DNA of 64,000 nt. Source: Armatimonadota bacterium. Its GTDB lineage: Bacteria; Armatimonadota; HRBIN16. The notes under the pieces are model-generated. The model was not told where the DNA came from. It saw nothing but the letters and a program-made list of their open reading frames with translations, and ran no database searches. Where the stretch lies: contig OY781964.1 of NCBI GenBank assembly GCA_963677485.1, forward strand, positions 3,840,001 to 3,904,000, read 5' to 3'. Below, piece by piece: positions 17,977 to 27,425 of the stretch. The translations under genes and the position numbers were made by a program. Numbering within the stretch: the first letter of the stretch is position 1; every line of letters begins with the position of its first letter.

Positions 17977-20778
17977 TTACCGCATGATCCGCAGTGTCGC
18001 AGCGTATTCGGGCACGATCTGCACATCGGTGAAGGCCGCGGCATTGTCGGTCGATGTCTCTGGCGACTTGAAGGTGATGCCGTCGAAGATAATCTTGCTG
18101 CTGTCACCGCTCCAGGGCACGATCCGCACGAACAGCCCGCTCTTGTCGATGCTGTGCTGCCACCGTTTGAGCCCAATCTCCCAGTGCGTGCCGTTGTTGA
18201 AGTTATCCGCCACCAGCTTGCCGTCGATGAAAGCCCAGCCGCGGTCGCCGTTGTAGTTCATCCTCAAGAACAGGTCGTTGATCCCCGCATATTCAGACGC
18301 CGGAAGCTTGATGAGAAGTTTGTCCGGGCTGACCTTCTGCAGCTTTGCCTTCGACTTGTGTTTGGGAAACACCACCGAATAGCGCGTGAAGACACCATCC
18401 GATGTGCCCCTGAGCGCGCCACCGGCTGTATGCAGCACCCCCGATGGGTTGGGGTAGATGCTGACCTCCAGCCTTTCATTGCCGATCGCAGAGACGTGCA
18501 GCGCCTCGCGGGTGCTGATCACCGTGTGGTCAGAGAGCACAAGCCGCTCGGTACCGCCCAGCTCATTCACCTTCAGGCAGTGGCGTGCTTGTTCGTGGGT
18601 CAGAGTAAGTATGCGGAAGGGCTTGCCAGTCACCGGCGTGACGTCTAACACGCAGGACGTGCCTGGCTGTTTCACCGTCACGCGCCATCCACCGCTATCA
18701 CGCGTCACATGCGCTCCAGCACCTGTGACCGCAGTGACCGTGGCGGCATCGAAGAGGTACTCGGTGTTCATGCCTGTGGGCGCGAAGAACACGTAGTTCT
18801 GACAGCCATCGACCATGAGCTTGGTCATGAGCTGTGCCGTGGCGTATTTTAAATTCACGCGGCCGAGAGGCAGGTTGAAGGGCAGGATTGCCATGATGTT
18901 TGACTTCAAGGAAAGGCCTTTGCCGCTTGGCAGCACCAGCTGTTCATCTTTTAGTTGCAGCGTGACCTGCACATCAGTGCGGTCGGGAAGCACCAGTTTG
19001 TCCTGGAAGTTATTCAGGAACAAGAAACCGCTGTCGCCATTGGCTCGCACGATGTAGCGCAGATCCGTGGTGTTGGTAGGCGGGACAGAATCGTCAGGCC
19101 AGACGGTCACCATGGGTGAGAGAGCATCGCCAAAATCCTGCAGGAACTGCTGGATCGGCCGCAGGTGGTAATAACTTGGTTTGGTCTGGCCGTATTCGCC
19201 GATGGGTGCCTGGAAGTCATAGGAGATGATGGGCAACCCCCCGGAGACGTTTAGATAACCGTGTTTGCCAAGCGGATTGCCGCCGCCGTGATACATGTAG
19301 ATACCCGTGATATTGCCTCCGCAAGCCACGCGGGTAAAGACTCCCACTTCCACGCTTTCTGGTGGCACGATCGGTCGCCATGTAGATTGGGCCGGGGTGC
19401 CGCCTCCGAGTTCGCAGAACGCGAGCGGATACTTCCGGGCGTAGTTGCCGAACCCGAATGTCGAGGTATCCGTTGGTCCACCTGGTCCAAGGTAGGCGTA
19501 GCATCCCCATGTAGCGAGGAACTCCCCCTCAGGCACAGGTGACCCCCACGCGGTGCAGGTATAGAGAGGTGCGATTAGACCGGCTTTGATGGCCAGAGCT
19601 TTCAGCTTCATCATGTGGCTTTCGCCGTCGCTGCCCTTGTTACCGCCACCGGCCCCAGGGAATGGGTTATCCCAAAAGGGTGTGGCGTGTTCATACTCAT
19701 TCTCGCATTGAATCGCGATCACAGGCCCGCCGTCTTTGAACATCAATCCTTTGAACTGCTTCCCAAGTTCACGGTAAAGCCGCTCCACATAGAAAAGGTA
19801 GCCCGGGTCGTTGCTGCGTTCCTTCACCGGTTGCCCATATAGCCACGCCGGTAATCCGCCCGCCAGCACCTCGGCGTTGCAGAAGGGACCTACCCTCAGC
19901 CACACCCAGACACCATGCTTTGCACACAGCTTGACGATTTGGCGCAGGTTGCGGTTTTCGGTGAAGTCGAACACCCCGGGGTCCTGTTCGATATGGTTCC
20001 AGAGCACATACATCGAGACGGTATTCAGACCACCCGCCTTCATCTTGAGGATGGACTCCTCCCACGAGGCCTCATCGGTGCGGGTAGGATGCAGTTCACC
20101 AGCGACCAGTATCAGCGGCTTGCCGTTAAACTCCACGCTCTGGCTGGTGACGGTGATACGGTCACCTTTCGGATTGACCCCGCCCCAGGAGTTTTTGCCG
20201 ACTGGCACCACTGGTGGGGGATTGCGCAGATCGAGTTTGGCAGGCATCGTGATGGACCCATCGAGAGCTATTGGAGAGGTGCCGTTGAATTCGATGCGTG
20301 CCTCTGCCCAGTCGGCGTGGTCCATGCCGTTGCCATTTCCGCCATCGCCGATGCGGAGGGCGAGGATCTTTACCCCACGCAGGTCGACATTGACCTCCTT
20401 CGGAGGTTCACCTGCCAGCGTCACTCCTGAGCTCCACAACAGGTTACCGTCGCCAACGATCTTGAAGGTGGCAGAACCTGGTGTTTGCGCATCATCATCA
20501 ATCCCCACCCAAGCTGTAAATCTGGTTGCATGACCGCCCAGATCGATGATGAACGAACCTGGCGTATGGCTGCCTACGCCGTGAGCAAACATCCGTCCGC
20601 CTATCGATATGGGCTGGCCGTTGATGGACTTGTCGACCATCGGCGTGCCGTATCCCTGTTTCATCTTTGTGAGGTCGAGTGCGGAGAGCCAGATGGTGTC
20701 GGCGGAGCACCGCCTGGGCGCCAGCAGCATCGTTGCGCAGATAAGGACTGTGACGAAGGAAAAGAGTTCTGTGTGCAT
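17977..20778 (-). CDS. GH35 beta-galactosidase with N-terminal NPCBM/NEW2 domain
   Basis: NPCBM (FAHGVGSH..GIDD..DHADWAEAR), GELHPTR, RVGPFCNAE, GGLPAW, IQCENE, YMYHGG and SYDFQAP motifs. Confidence 0.92.
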   Translation of the reverse strand: MHTELFSFVTVLICATMLLAPRRCSADTIWLSALDLTKMKQGYGTPMVDKSINGQPISIGGRMFAHGVGSHTPGSFIIDLGGHATRFTAWVGIDDDAQTPGSATFKIVGDGNLLWSSGVTLAGEPPKEVNVDLRGVKILALRIGDGGNGNGMDHADWAEARIEFNGTSPIALDGSITMPAKLDLRNPPPVVPVGKNSWGGVNPKGDRITVTSQSVEFNGKPLILVAGELHPTRTDEASWEESILKMKAGGLNTVSMYVLWNHIEQDPGVFDFTENRNLRQIVKLCAKHGVWVWLRVGPFCNAEVLAGGLPAWLYGQPVKERSNDPGYLFYVERLYRELGKQFKGLMFKDGGPVIAIQCENEYEHATPFWDNPFPGAGGGNKGSDGESHMMKLKALAIKAGLIAPLYTCTAWGSPVPEGEFLATWGCYAYLGPGGPTDTSTFGFGNYARKYPLAFCELGGGTPAQSTWRPIVPPESVEVGVFTRVACGGNITGIYMYHGGGNPLGKHGYLNVSGGLPIISYDFQAPIGEYGQTKPSYYHLRPIQQFLQDFGDALSPMVTVWPDDSVPPTNTTDLRYIVRANGDSGFLFLNNFQDKLVLPDRTDVQVTLQLKDEQLVLPSGKGLSLKSNIMAILPFNLPLGRVNLKYATAQLMTKLMVDGCQNYVFFAPTGMNTEYLFDAATVTAVTGAGAHVTRDSGGWRVTVKQPGTSCVLDVTPVTGKPFRILTLTHEQARHCLKVNELGGTERLVLSDHTVISTREALHVSAIGNERLEVSIYPNPSGVLHTAGGALRGTSDGVFTRYSVVFPKHKSKAKLQKVSPDKLLIKLPASEYAGINDLFLRMNYNGDRGWAFIDGKLVADNFNNGTHWEIGLKRWQHSIDKSGLFVRIVPWSGDSSKIIFDGITFKSPETSTDNAAAFTDVQIVPEYAATLRIMR

Positions 20779-21008
20779 GAAAGCCCCATGTCCTGGTTAT
20801 TTAGGCGCCTGTGTTATAGCAAGAAGCCTATGTTAATACTGTGACCTATGTTGGCATCAGAGGCAAGTGTGTGTAGCCAATGATCACCGGAAATGACATG
20901 GCTCATTTGTCATCGCTTTATGCTTGTGTGCGATGCGCGTGTATCAGTGTGATATTTGCTTTATAATTTACCGTATATAGCATTGTCTACGCTAGTTGGA
21001 GGCATCAT

Positions 21009-21563
21009 GTGATGACGAAATATGAATGGATCATACGCCTTTTTATCACCGCAGGCGTATTAGCACTGTTTATTTCGTTGTGTGTGCCCAATCTATTGGC
21101 AGCCTGGTTCACTTATAATGCCCTCACTGGCGACGGTTCTATTTCTGGAAAACTGACATGTGGTGATCTTACAACCTACGAATTGTGTGAACCAAGCCAT
21201 GAAAAAGAAAGCATTTGGGGGCAAAGGCACCAGTCTAGTGGATCGAACTCGATCGACCGATTCTTCACTATCGATGAACATGGGAGAAAGCTGTTAGTCA
21301 ATGATCTTTCTGTGGAACGCATCGCCGGTTATCGCAGTCTTCCCCGCATGTTGATTGGCGCCAGCCGAAGCGGGTATTTTATATTTGACAATGCCGCGAG
21401 AACAGCAACCGTATATGCCCACCACGATCATTGGATGAAGGACCTGAAAAAACTGAGTATCGCTCCCAATACACTGTTGCTTCCAGGGCCTATTCGCGAG
21501 AGCTACGAGGGCCGTGGATGGTTGGGAGCCCATATCAATCCCGATAAGGAGTGGTACCAATGA
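21009..21563 (+). CDS. Hypothetical membrane-anchored protein (paralog A)
   Basis: N-terminal TM helix and a GYFIFDN...W...RGWL pattern shared with the next ORF. Confidence 0.65.
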   Translation: MMTKYEWIIRLFITAGVLALFISLCVPNLLAAWFTYNALTGDGSISGKLTCGDLTTYELCEPSHEKESIWGQRHQSSGSNSIDRFFTIDEHGRKLLVNDLSVERIAGYRSLPRMLIGASRSGYFIFDNAARTATVYAHHDHWMKDLKKLSIAPNTLLLPGPIRESYEGRGWLGAHINPDKEWYQ

Positions 21564-22093
21564 GACTGCGGTGGCTTAAGGCTAATGTCGCGATTTTTGG
21601 GATACTCCTTCTGATCCCTTGGCTGTTTGTGGCCGGTAAGGGGCTTCGTGTATTGTGGTCTAATTGCTTTGACCCACGAATCACCGCGACCATCTCTACG
21701 CCGTCAGGTGATAGGTTTTGGTATCAGAACCCAGATACCGCGTGGAATATGATAGCACCGGCAAGTGCCGATACATTCGGATATGCAGTGGTCAATCATT
21801 CGAAATCCCTGGATACCCAGCTGAAAACGGATATTGAACAAGCAGGCTGTTTGTGGAGGGTGCCATACCCGATCAACTACTGCGTGGTTCGAAAGGGCAT
21901 AATCGGACGCGCTAAGGACGGATATTACATCATCGATACAGCGCAAAGACAGGTGCATCTCAATCTGTCAAAATCCGATTGGCTTCGGCAGGTTCGTGGA
22001 CTTGGTGGTGGTGCCAGCTATAAACTGCATTGGTTTCCATTACATCGCAGCCACGCGAAACGGGGATGGCTGCATTACAGCGGTGCCCAGTAA
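21560..22093 (+). CDS. Hypothetical membrane-anchored protein (paralog B)
   Basis: ATGA overlap with the upstream stop, N-terminal TM helix and a GYYIIDT...W...RGWL pattern. Confidence 0.65.
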   Translation: MRLRWLKANVAIFGILLLIPWLFVAGKGLRVLWSNCFDPRITATISTPSGDRFWYQNPDTAWNMIAPASADTFGYAVVNHSKSLDTQLKTDIEQAGCLWRVPYPINYCVVRKGIIGRAKDGYYIIDTAQRQVHLNLSKSDWLRQVRGLGGGASYKLHWFPLHRSHAKRGWLHYSGAQ

Positions 22094-22188
22094 TGCGCCA
22101 GCAGAGCAGATAGAACCTATCAGGTGACAGATACATACGTGATCCCGATGACACGGAGCATCGTCGACCGGCCGTGTGCTGAAAGCCC

Positions 22189-22497
22189 CAGTCTATTACC
22201 CACTAGTTTTGCGCGGAGTATTATCGTTGTATATCGATGTATACCTGCCCTACCACGCGCTCAAGCACGTGGCTATTGACCGGCCAAGCCTGCTGAAGCA
22301 GGCTGCAGGGCTTCGCCCTGTTTGTGAAGCTGGCGAATGCAGGCTGTTGTAACGATACTACGGTCGACTCCCGGAACAATTGATACGGTGCGATGTCCCG
22401 TAGGCCGCTTTAGCGGTCTTGATGATCAATAGCCGAGACATTTATGTCGCGGAATCGGCGTCTACTGGCTCCGCAGATATTTGTGGGTAATAGACTG
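22189..22497 (-). mobile_element. MITE-like non-autonomous element, copy 2
   Basis: Same CAGTCTATTACCCAC terminal inverted repeats. The reverse complement of 22400-22497 closely matches 14716-14812. Internal inverted REP pair at 22253-22305 and 22401-22452. Confidence 0.7.
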
Positions 22498-22533
22498 TGT
22501 TTTAGCGCGCGGAAGGGCAGGTGGCATTGCCAC

Positions 22534-25317
22534 TCACCTCACGCCAGCCCGCTGTCCCAGGGCCTGCCATTGCGCCTTCGTGCCGCGGTAGAAGAAGTAA
22601 GTGCTCATCCTCTGCACTGCGACCGAATGTCTAGTGGAAGCTGGATACTCTTTGTTACCGAACACATCGTATAAGCATCCAGATGTAGGCAGACTGATAT
22701 GGATGATGCCTGTTCGTTTGGTGTGTAGCCCGACGAACGTGTTGTTGACATAGCAGATATCATCGGTATCCACATATTCGAAGCTTCCAGCTAGCCTCAG
22801 GGCGTAGCGAAGCAGGTTGGGGGAGAAGTTATCCGATGCGGTGTAGATGCTGGCCCATGTTGGTGTCTGTTTGATGGCAATGCCGACGTCGGGGCTGCCA
22901 GTAAATCGGGCAATGGGTGTTGCTTTGGAATCTGTGATCTTAAAGCTGGGAGCATAGGTGATATTGGCGGCATCTTTGTCGCTGGGATCATAGTATTCCA
23001 GTGTACCCATCTGGTGGTCTGACTGGATGCCCATCTGTTTAACGAACCAATCCTCAGGTGTCAGTTTCCAGTTTTCCGGTGTTTTCGACATTGCGATTTG
23101 AATCCCCGTCAGATCGCTCATGTTAGCTGCACTCATATCTCCATCGATCAATCCGTCGGCCCATGCGAACAAGCCCACCCGTCCATCGCGGCGAACCACC
23201 TTTTTGATCATGGCCCGTTGTCTCGCATTGAGGCCGACCGTGTTGAGGAACAGGTAGACCTTGTAGGGCTTGGCCTTCGGGAGCTGATCAAGGAAGATCA
23301 TGTCATACGGGGCACCTGCCCGGGCGACCGTCTGCCGGATGTAGTCAAACAGTGGAAAACTGCGTGCCGGTGCATCCTTCAGGGGGTCATAGCCGAAGTA
23401 TTTCTGGAAGCCTTTGTCGAACACCAGTGCGATTTCGGCACCGGAGCGGCGGTCGGCATACAGCGAACACATGAAGATATCATCCTGCATTCGGTATTCG
23501 GCAATAAGCTCCGGCATGTCGTAGGAGTAGCTCATCTGCCACAGGTAGGGATACATACCCAGCACCATCGAGTTGACGAAAACCCGCCGCTGGGTAGATA
23601 TCGTCTCCGCCATGTTCTTGGTGGCGCCAAAGCCCATATCGGGGCCGGTGTGCGTGCGGACATCATTTTGGATGACCACTAACTTGTTTGTTTTTGCCAG
23701 ACCGAGGGGCGGGATGATGGGTGCTCCGCTGCCCTCGACGCCGATGGCATTCCTGCCGACATACGGCTCCTGCACATCAAAGAAGTCGAAATACCGGCTA
23801 TCCACCAGCTCATCGATGGGGTTGGTGTCATTCTCCTCAAAACCTCTGGTCCAGCTCCATAGGTTGCCGGTGAAGTCACCCGTCCGAGCGCCCACCAAAG
23901 CGCGATCATGGGTGGCCTCTTTCACCACTTTTCCGAAGTTAATGATGATCTGTTGAAAGACGTGCTCGCGGAACGCCTTGCTGTCCATGTAAGCCGGTCT
24001 GGATTTTGGCACCACAAGCAATGACATCGTGTCGTTCTTGTCGCTAGGGTGTTGGTCATTCAGCAGTGCCTCTGGTTTGGCTGATCCAAACGAAGCGGAC
24101 GAATCATTCCATGCTTTCTTAAGTGCAGATTCGGTCTTGTATTTCGCCTTCAGAAAGTCTCTGTAGCGGCTGATTGCTGCAGGAGTTGAATCATTCACCT
24201 CAAAGTTGCAGTCCATGCTTCGCCCATTGAAGAGCTCATACCCGATCACCATATCGGCATATGGGCCAGACTGGATATGGGCGATCATCTGGCGCAGGGC
24301 GTCGCGGAAGTCCTTTTGCCACTCGGGGGACAGGTAGTCAGGTATACCCAGCTTGGCATCCGTCCCCACAGCATTCGGATGCAGCCGGTTCCACCATCGA
24401 GCTCCATCGCTGGCCAGCATTAGGATCATCTTGCTGTCTGGGTTGGCCTTTTTGAACTGGCCCAACTGCTTATCCAGTTCCCAGAAGTCGAAGTGATCAG
24501 GGCCTAGCCAGTTGGGCGAATAATAAGCACCTATATCACCGCCATACAGGTGCTCACCCAGTGTGTTGACCACTCTTTGGAGTTTATAGCCGGTGTCATT
24601 GGTGAGTGTCTTGAGATACTCCTCAGTGGTGTGTACCATCACGATCACCGACCATCCTTGCCCTGTGATCGGCTGGCCATTCAGATACATGGCTGGCATA
24701 CCGTTGCAGTCGGCGATTTTCGCACTGTATGGCGGAGGGGTGGAGAGTATCTTGTCGGCATCGATGCGGGTATTCATACGCGGTCGGTAGACGTCGAACT
24801 TGTGCAGCCTCATCGTTAAAGTGCCTAGGTCAGGGTTTGAGATGATTATCCAGAGTGCGCAGAGCTGCTTGCCATTAGCGGAAGCGGGCAGCTTGAACTC
24901 GAGGGTGTGCCTGGCTCCGTCGGCGATTAAGTTTGACGCACTGGCGATCTGGAGGTGCTCACCGCCGTAAAACTGGATCGAGAAGGAGGTGCCATCCCAC
25001 AGGGAGGCTGCAGTCGAGATTGAGTAGTCCAGCCGGATGGTCTCGTTACCGTAGGTCTTGAAATGGGGGATATTGACGCCTTCGAGCCCAACATCATAAT
25101 ACCCACGCCAGACGCCAGTGCTCTTTACCGTCACCACGGAGGCACCGTCTTGTTTCGTGCTCTCCACAGACTGAGCCACCGAGGCCAGGTTGTTCACCTC
25201 GGTGATAGGATTGCCGATTTCCGAAAACTCGAAGCCCCTGACCCATATCAGTTCGTCAGCCGCATGGGAGGTGCTTATAACTGCCAGTGCAGCCAATATC
25301 GCTAATAGTAGCTTCAC
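22534..25317 (-). CDS. Putative secreted glycoside hydrolase (GH42-like) with an extra N-terminal domain
   Basis: GTG start overlapping the upstream TAG, signal peptide (VKLLLAILAAL..SHA), FDFWELD, VIGYEL, RDFLKAKYKTESALKKAWN and QNDVRTH. Same family as 10617-12791. Confidence 0.65.
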   Translation of the reverse strand: MKLLLAILAALAVISTSHAADELIWVRGFEFSEIGNPITEVNNLASVAQSVESTKQDGASVVTVKSTGVWRGYYDVGLEGVNIPHFKTYGNETIRLDYSISTAASLWDGTSFSIQFYGGEHLQIASASNLIADGARHTLEFKLPASANGKQLCALWIIISNPDLGTLTMRLHKFDVYRPRMNTRIDADKILSTPPPYSAKIADCNGMPAMYLNGQPITGQGWSVIVMVHTTEEYLKTLTNDTGYKLQRVVNTLGEHLYGGDIGAYYSPNWLGPDHFDFWELDKQLGQFKKANPDSKMILMLASDGARWWNRLHPNAVGTDAKLGIPDYLSPEWQKDFRDALRQMIAHIQSGPYADMVIGYELFNGRSMDCNFEVNDSTPAAISRYRDFLKAKYKTESALKKAWNDSSASFGSAKPEALLNDQHPSDKNDTMSLLVVPKSRPAYMDSKAFREHVFQQIIINFGKVVKEATHDRALVGARTGDFTGNLWSWTRGFEENDTNPIDELVDSRYFDFFDVQEPYVGRNAIGVEGSGAPIIPPLGLAKTNKLVVIQNDVRTHTGPDMGFGATKNMAETISTQRRVFVNSMVLGMYPYLWQMSYSYDMPELIAEYRMQDDIFMCSLYADRRSGAEIALVFDKGFQKYFGYDPLKDAPARSFPLFDYIRQTVARAGAPYDMIFLDQLPKAKPYKVYLFLNTVGLNARQRAMIKKVVRRDGRVGLFAWADGLIDGDMSAANMSDLTGIQIAMSKTPENWKLTPEDWFVKQMGIQSDHQMGTLEYYDPSDKDAANITYAPSFKITDSKATPIARFTGSPDVGIAIKQTPTWASIYTASDNFSPNLLRYALRLAGSFEYVDTDDICYVNNTFVGLHTKRTGIIHISLPTSGCLYDVFGNKEYPASTRHSVAVQRMSTYFFYRGTKAQWQALGQRAGVR

Positions 25318-27224
25318 TAGGAAACTCCTTCTGAAGGCAGTTTTCCGTAGCACCGCACTTCCAGCACTGAGGCGAATGGAGCACCCCAGGTCTCCAGGCA
25401 GTTGATGCGCAGCCGCTGGCATCGCCTGGCAGGGAACTGCACACGCACGAGACGTTGGTAGGTGCCGTCCACTGTGGCGAGTGTTTCCCAGGAGCCATCG
25501 TCCGTTTGCACATCAACAGTGAATAGCTTCAAGGTGACCGCCCGTGGCACCGGGCCAACAGCCTTCTGGTGGCAGGGCTCCTGCGTGAGCATGAGCTGCG
25601 AATCGAAGTCGGTGTCGCACACCACCATTACGGTGTCGATCTCGACCGCTTCATCCCACGCGAGCTCCAACAAGGCTGGTATTGAGGCACTTCGCCAGGC
25701 ATGGTAATTACCATCCAGCACAGGATCAGGGTGGTTATAGCCGTCAATCACTTTGCCTGCTTGCCACTGGCCGTCGTCACCCAGTGTGCTTGACGCGGTC
25801 ACTTTGGCTAGTTGGGCTAGATCATGCGGGTCGGTGTTAAGTATCTCCGGCAGGTAGACGCCATCGGCCAGAAGCTGTTGCTGCAGCAGGGGCATATGCT
25901 GGGCCACGATCTGCTGCGGCGCCAATCCCTGATGAACACCAAGGGCGGCGGCGGTGCCCACGGCTTGGCCGATGGAGGCGCAGCTGGCCATGATGCGCGT
26001 GGAGGCAAAGGCGATATGGCTGGCACTGATGTTGCGTCCGGCCAGATACAGGTTGCTGAAATCGCGGCAATAACAGCTTCGCAGCGGGATTTGGTAGATA
26101 TTGGGCAGCCGTATCTGCTGGCAAGGGGTGTTTTGGGTATCACGAAAGCCGAGTGGCGGGTGGGTGTCGATGGGCCAGCCACCGTAGGCGATCTGGTCAT
26201 CGAAGCTGTGCGCTGTCGGGACACTGCGCAGTTCGTTCTCGGTGAGGATATGGTCACCCAGGAAACGTCGGCTCTCACGCCGGCCGGGCAGGAAGCCGAA
26301 CCAGTTGAGAGCGTAGTTCTCCATAGACTGGGGCTTGCCATCGACGGTGGTCTGCGAGCGGTTCTTCATATAGTCCCAGATGCCCAGTGCCGCTGCGATC
26401 AGCTCCTGGTTGATGGCTTCCGTGTCGGTGACCGTGTCCATCGTGCCACCCCATTCCACCCACCAGAATCCGAAGGAACGGTCCGGCTTGCGGAAGGGCA
26501 GCAACTGCTCGTCATCGAACTTCATCGCCCAGATGGGTGGGGTGAAGGGAACAGGACGGCCCACATCGACCACATCGAACAAGATGGTGTGACCGAGGGT
26601 GCAATCATCGGCCTCAGCAGGAGCCAGGCTCTCACCGAATTCGGCCGATGCTTCGCGGCCCTTGGTGTAAGCGGCTCCCGCGAGGTAGGCGAGGTTGCCA
26701 TCACCTGAGGCATCGATGAACTGCTGCGCCTCAAAACGCAAAATGCGGTCGCTGGTCAACTCCCGGGCAGTGCAGCTTGTGAGCTTGGTGAACCCGCCAT
26801 CATCAGCCGTCTCGCACGAGATGACCTGTGCGTTCAGGAAGAGCTGAAGGCCGGCTTGCGACCGCACCGTATCGTAAAGTGCGAGGTCCATGATGGAGAT
26901 ATTATGTTCGCTGTTATGCGACAGGCTCTTCAGGCGCAGCTCCTCCAGAATGCCCGTCTCGCGGGCGCGCAGCCGCGGGGCGGTTTCGCCCTCGTAATAG
27001 CTGTCGGATCCGCAGATGTGCATCCTTATCTCCGAGGAGGCGTTGCCGCCCAGCATCGGGCGATCCTGCACCAGCGCCACGCTAGCTCCGTGTCGGGCTG
27101 CGGCCAGCGCGGCGCAGACTCCCGCCATGCCTCCGCCCACCACGCAGACATCAACGACGATATTCAGAGATGGGCCTTGCGAGATACTGGCTGCAGCATG
27201 TCTGTAGAGCTTGTGAAACACCAT
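25317..27224 (-). CDS. FAD-dependent oxidoreductase (PF12831-like) with C-terminal discoidin/F5-8C-like domain
   Basis: DVCVVGGGMAG, LGGNASSE, IDASGDG, RESRR, AGRNIS and STRIMA motifs. C-terminal KVTASS...VIDG...W...LRI...LEVRCY. Confidence 0.88.
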   Translation of the reverse strand: MVFHKLYRHAAASISQGPSLNIVVDVCVVGGGMAGVCAALAAARHGASVALVQDRPMLGGNASSEIRMHICGSDSYYEGETAPRLRARETGILEELRLKSLSHNSEHNISIMDLALYDTVRSQAGLQLFLNAQVISCETADDGGFTKLTSCTARELTSDRILRFEAQQFIDASGDGNLAYLAGAAYTKGREASAEFGESLAPAEADDCTLGHTILFDVVDVGRPVPFTPPIWAMKFDDEQLLPFRKPDRSFGFWWVEWGGTMDTVTDTEAINQELIAAALGIWDYMKNRSQTTVDGKPQSMENYALNWFGFLPGRRESRRFLGDHILTENELRSVPTAHSFDDQIAYGGWPIDTHPPLGFRDTQNTPCQQIRLPNIYQIPLRSCYCRDFSNLYLAGRNISASHIAFASTRIMASCASIGQAVGTAAALGVHQGLAPQQIVAQHMPLLQQQLLADGVYLPEILNTDPHDLAQLAKVTASSTLGDDGQWQAGKVIDGYNHPDPVLDGNYHAWRSASIPALLELAWDEAVEIDTVMVVCDTDFDSQLMLTQEPCHQKAVGPVPRAVTLKLFTVDVQTDDGSWETLATVDGTYQRLVRVQFPARRCQRLRINCLETWGAPFASVLEVRCYGKLPSEGVS

Positions 27225-27425
27225 ATGCGAATGTGACCTCTATTAGTGCTCATGGCACCGTGTTGTTTTTAAGTTTATGCCCATGATACCACAGCAATAC
27301 CCTCACAGTTTGGTATTAGTGGCGTTATTGTAATCTGCGGGTGTAATTTACGCAGGATTTCGGTCTGGCGTAGGTCAATTATGAGATGATGACTGTTACA
27401 ATGACATCGTGTTACAAGTTTCATC

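Noticed and set aside
25318-25422. Longer start for the 22534 hydrolase as given in the ORF track
   Set aside because: It overlaps the upstream gene, and the signal peptide begins at the GTG at 25317.
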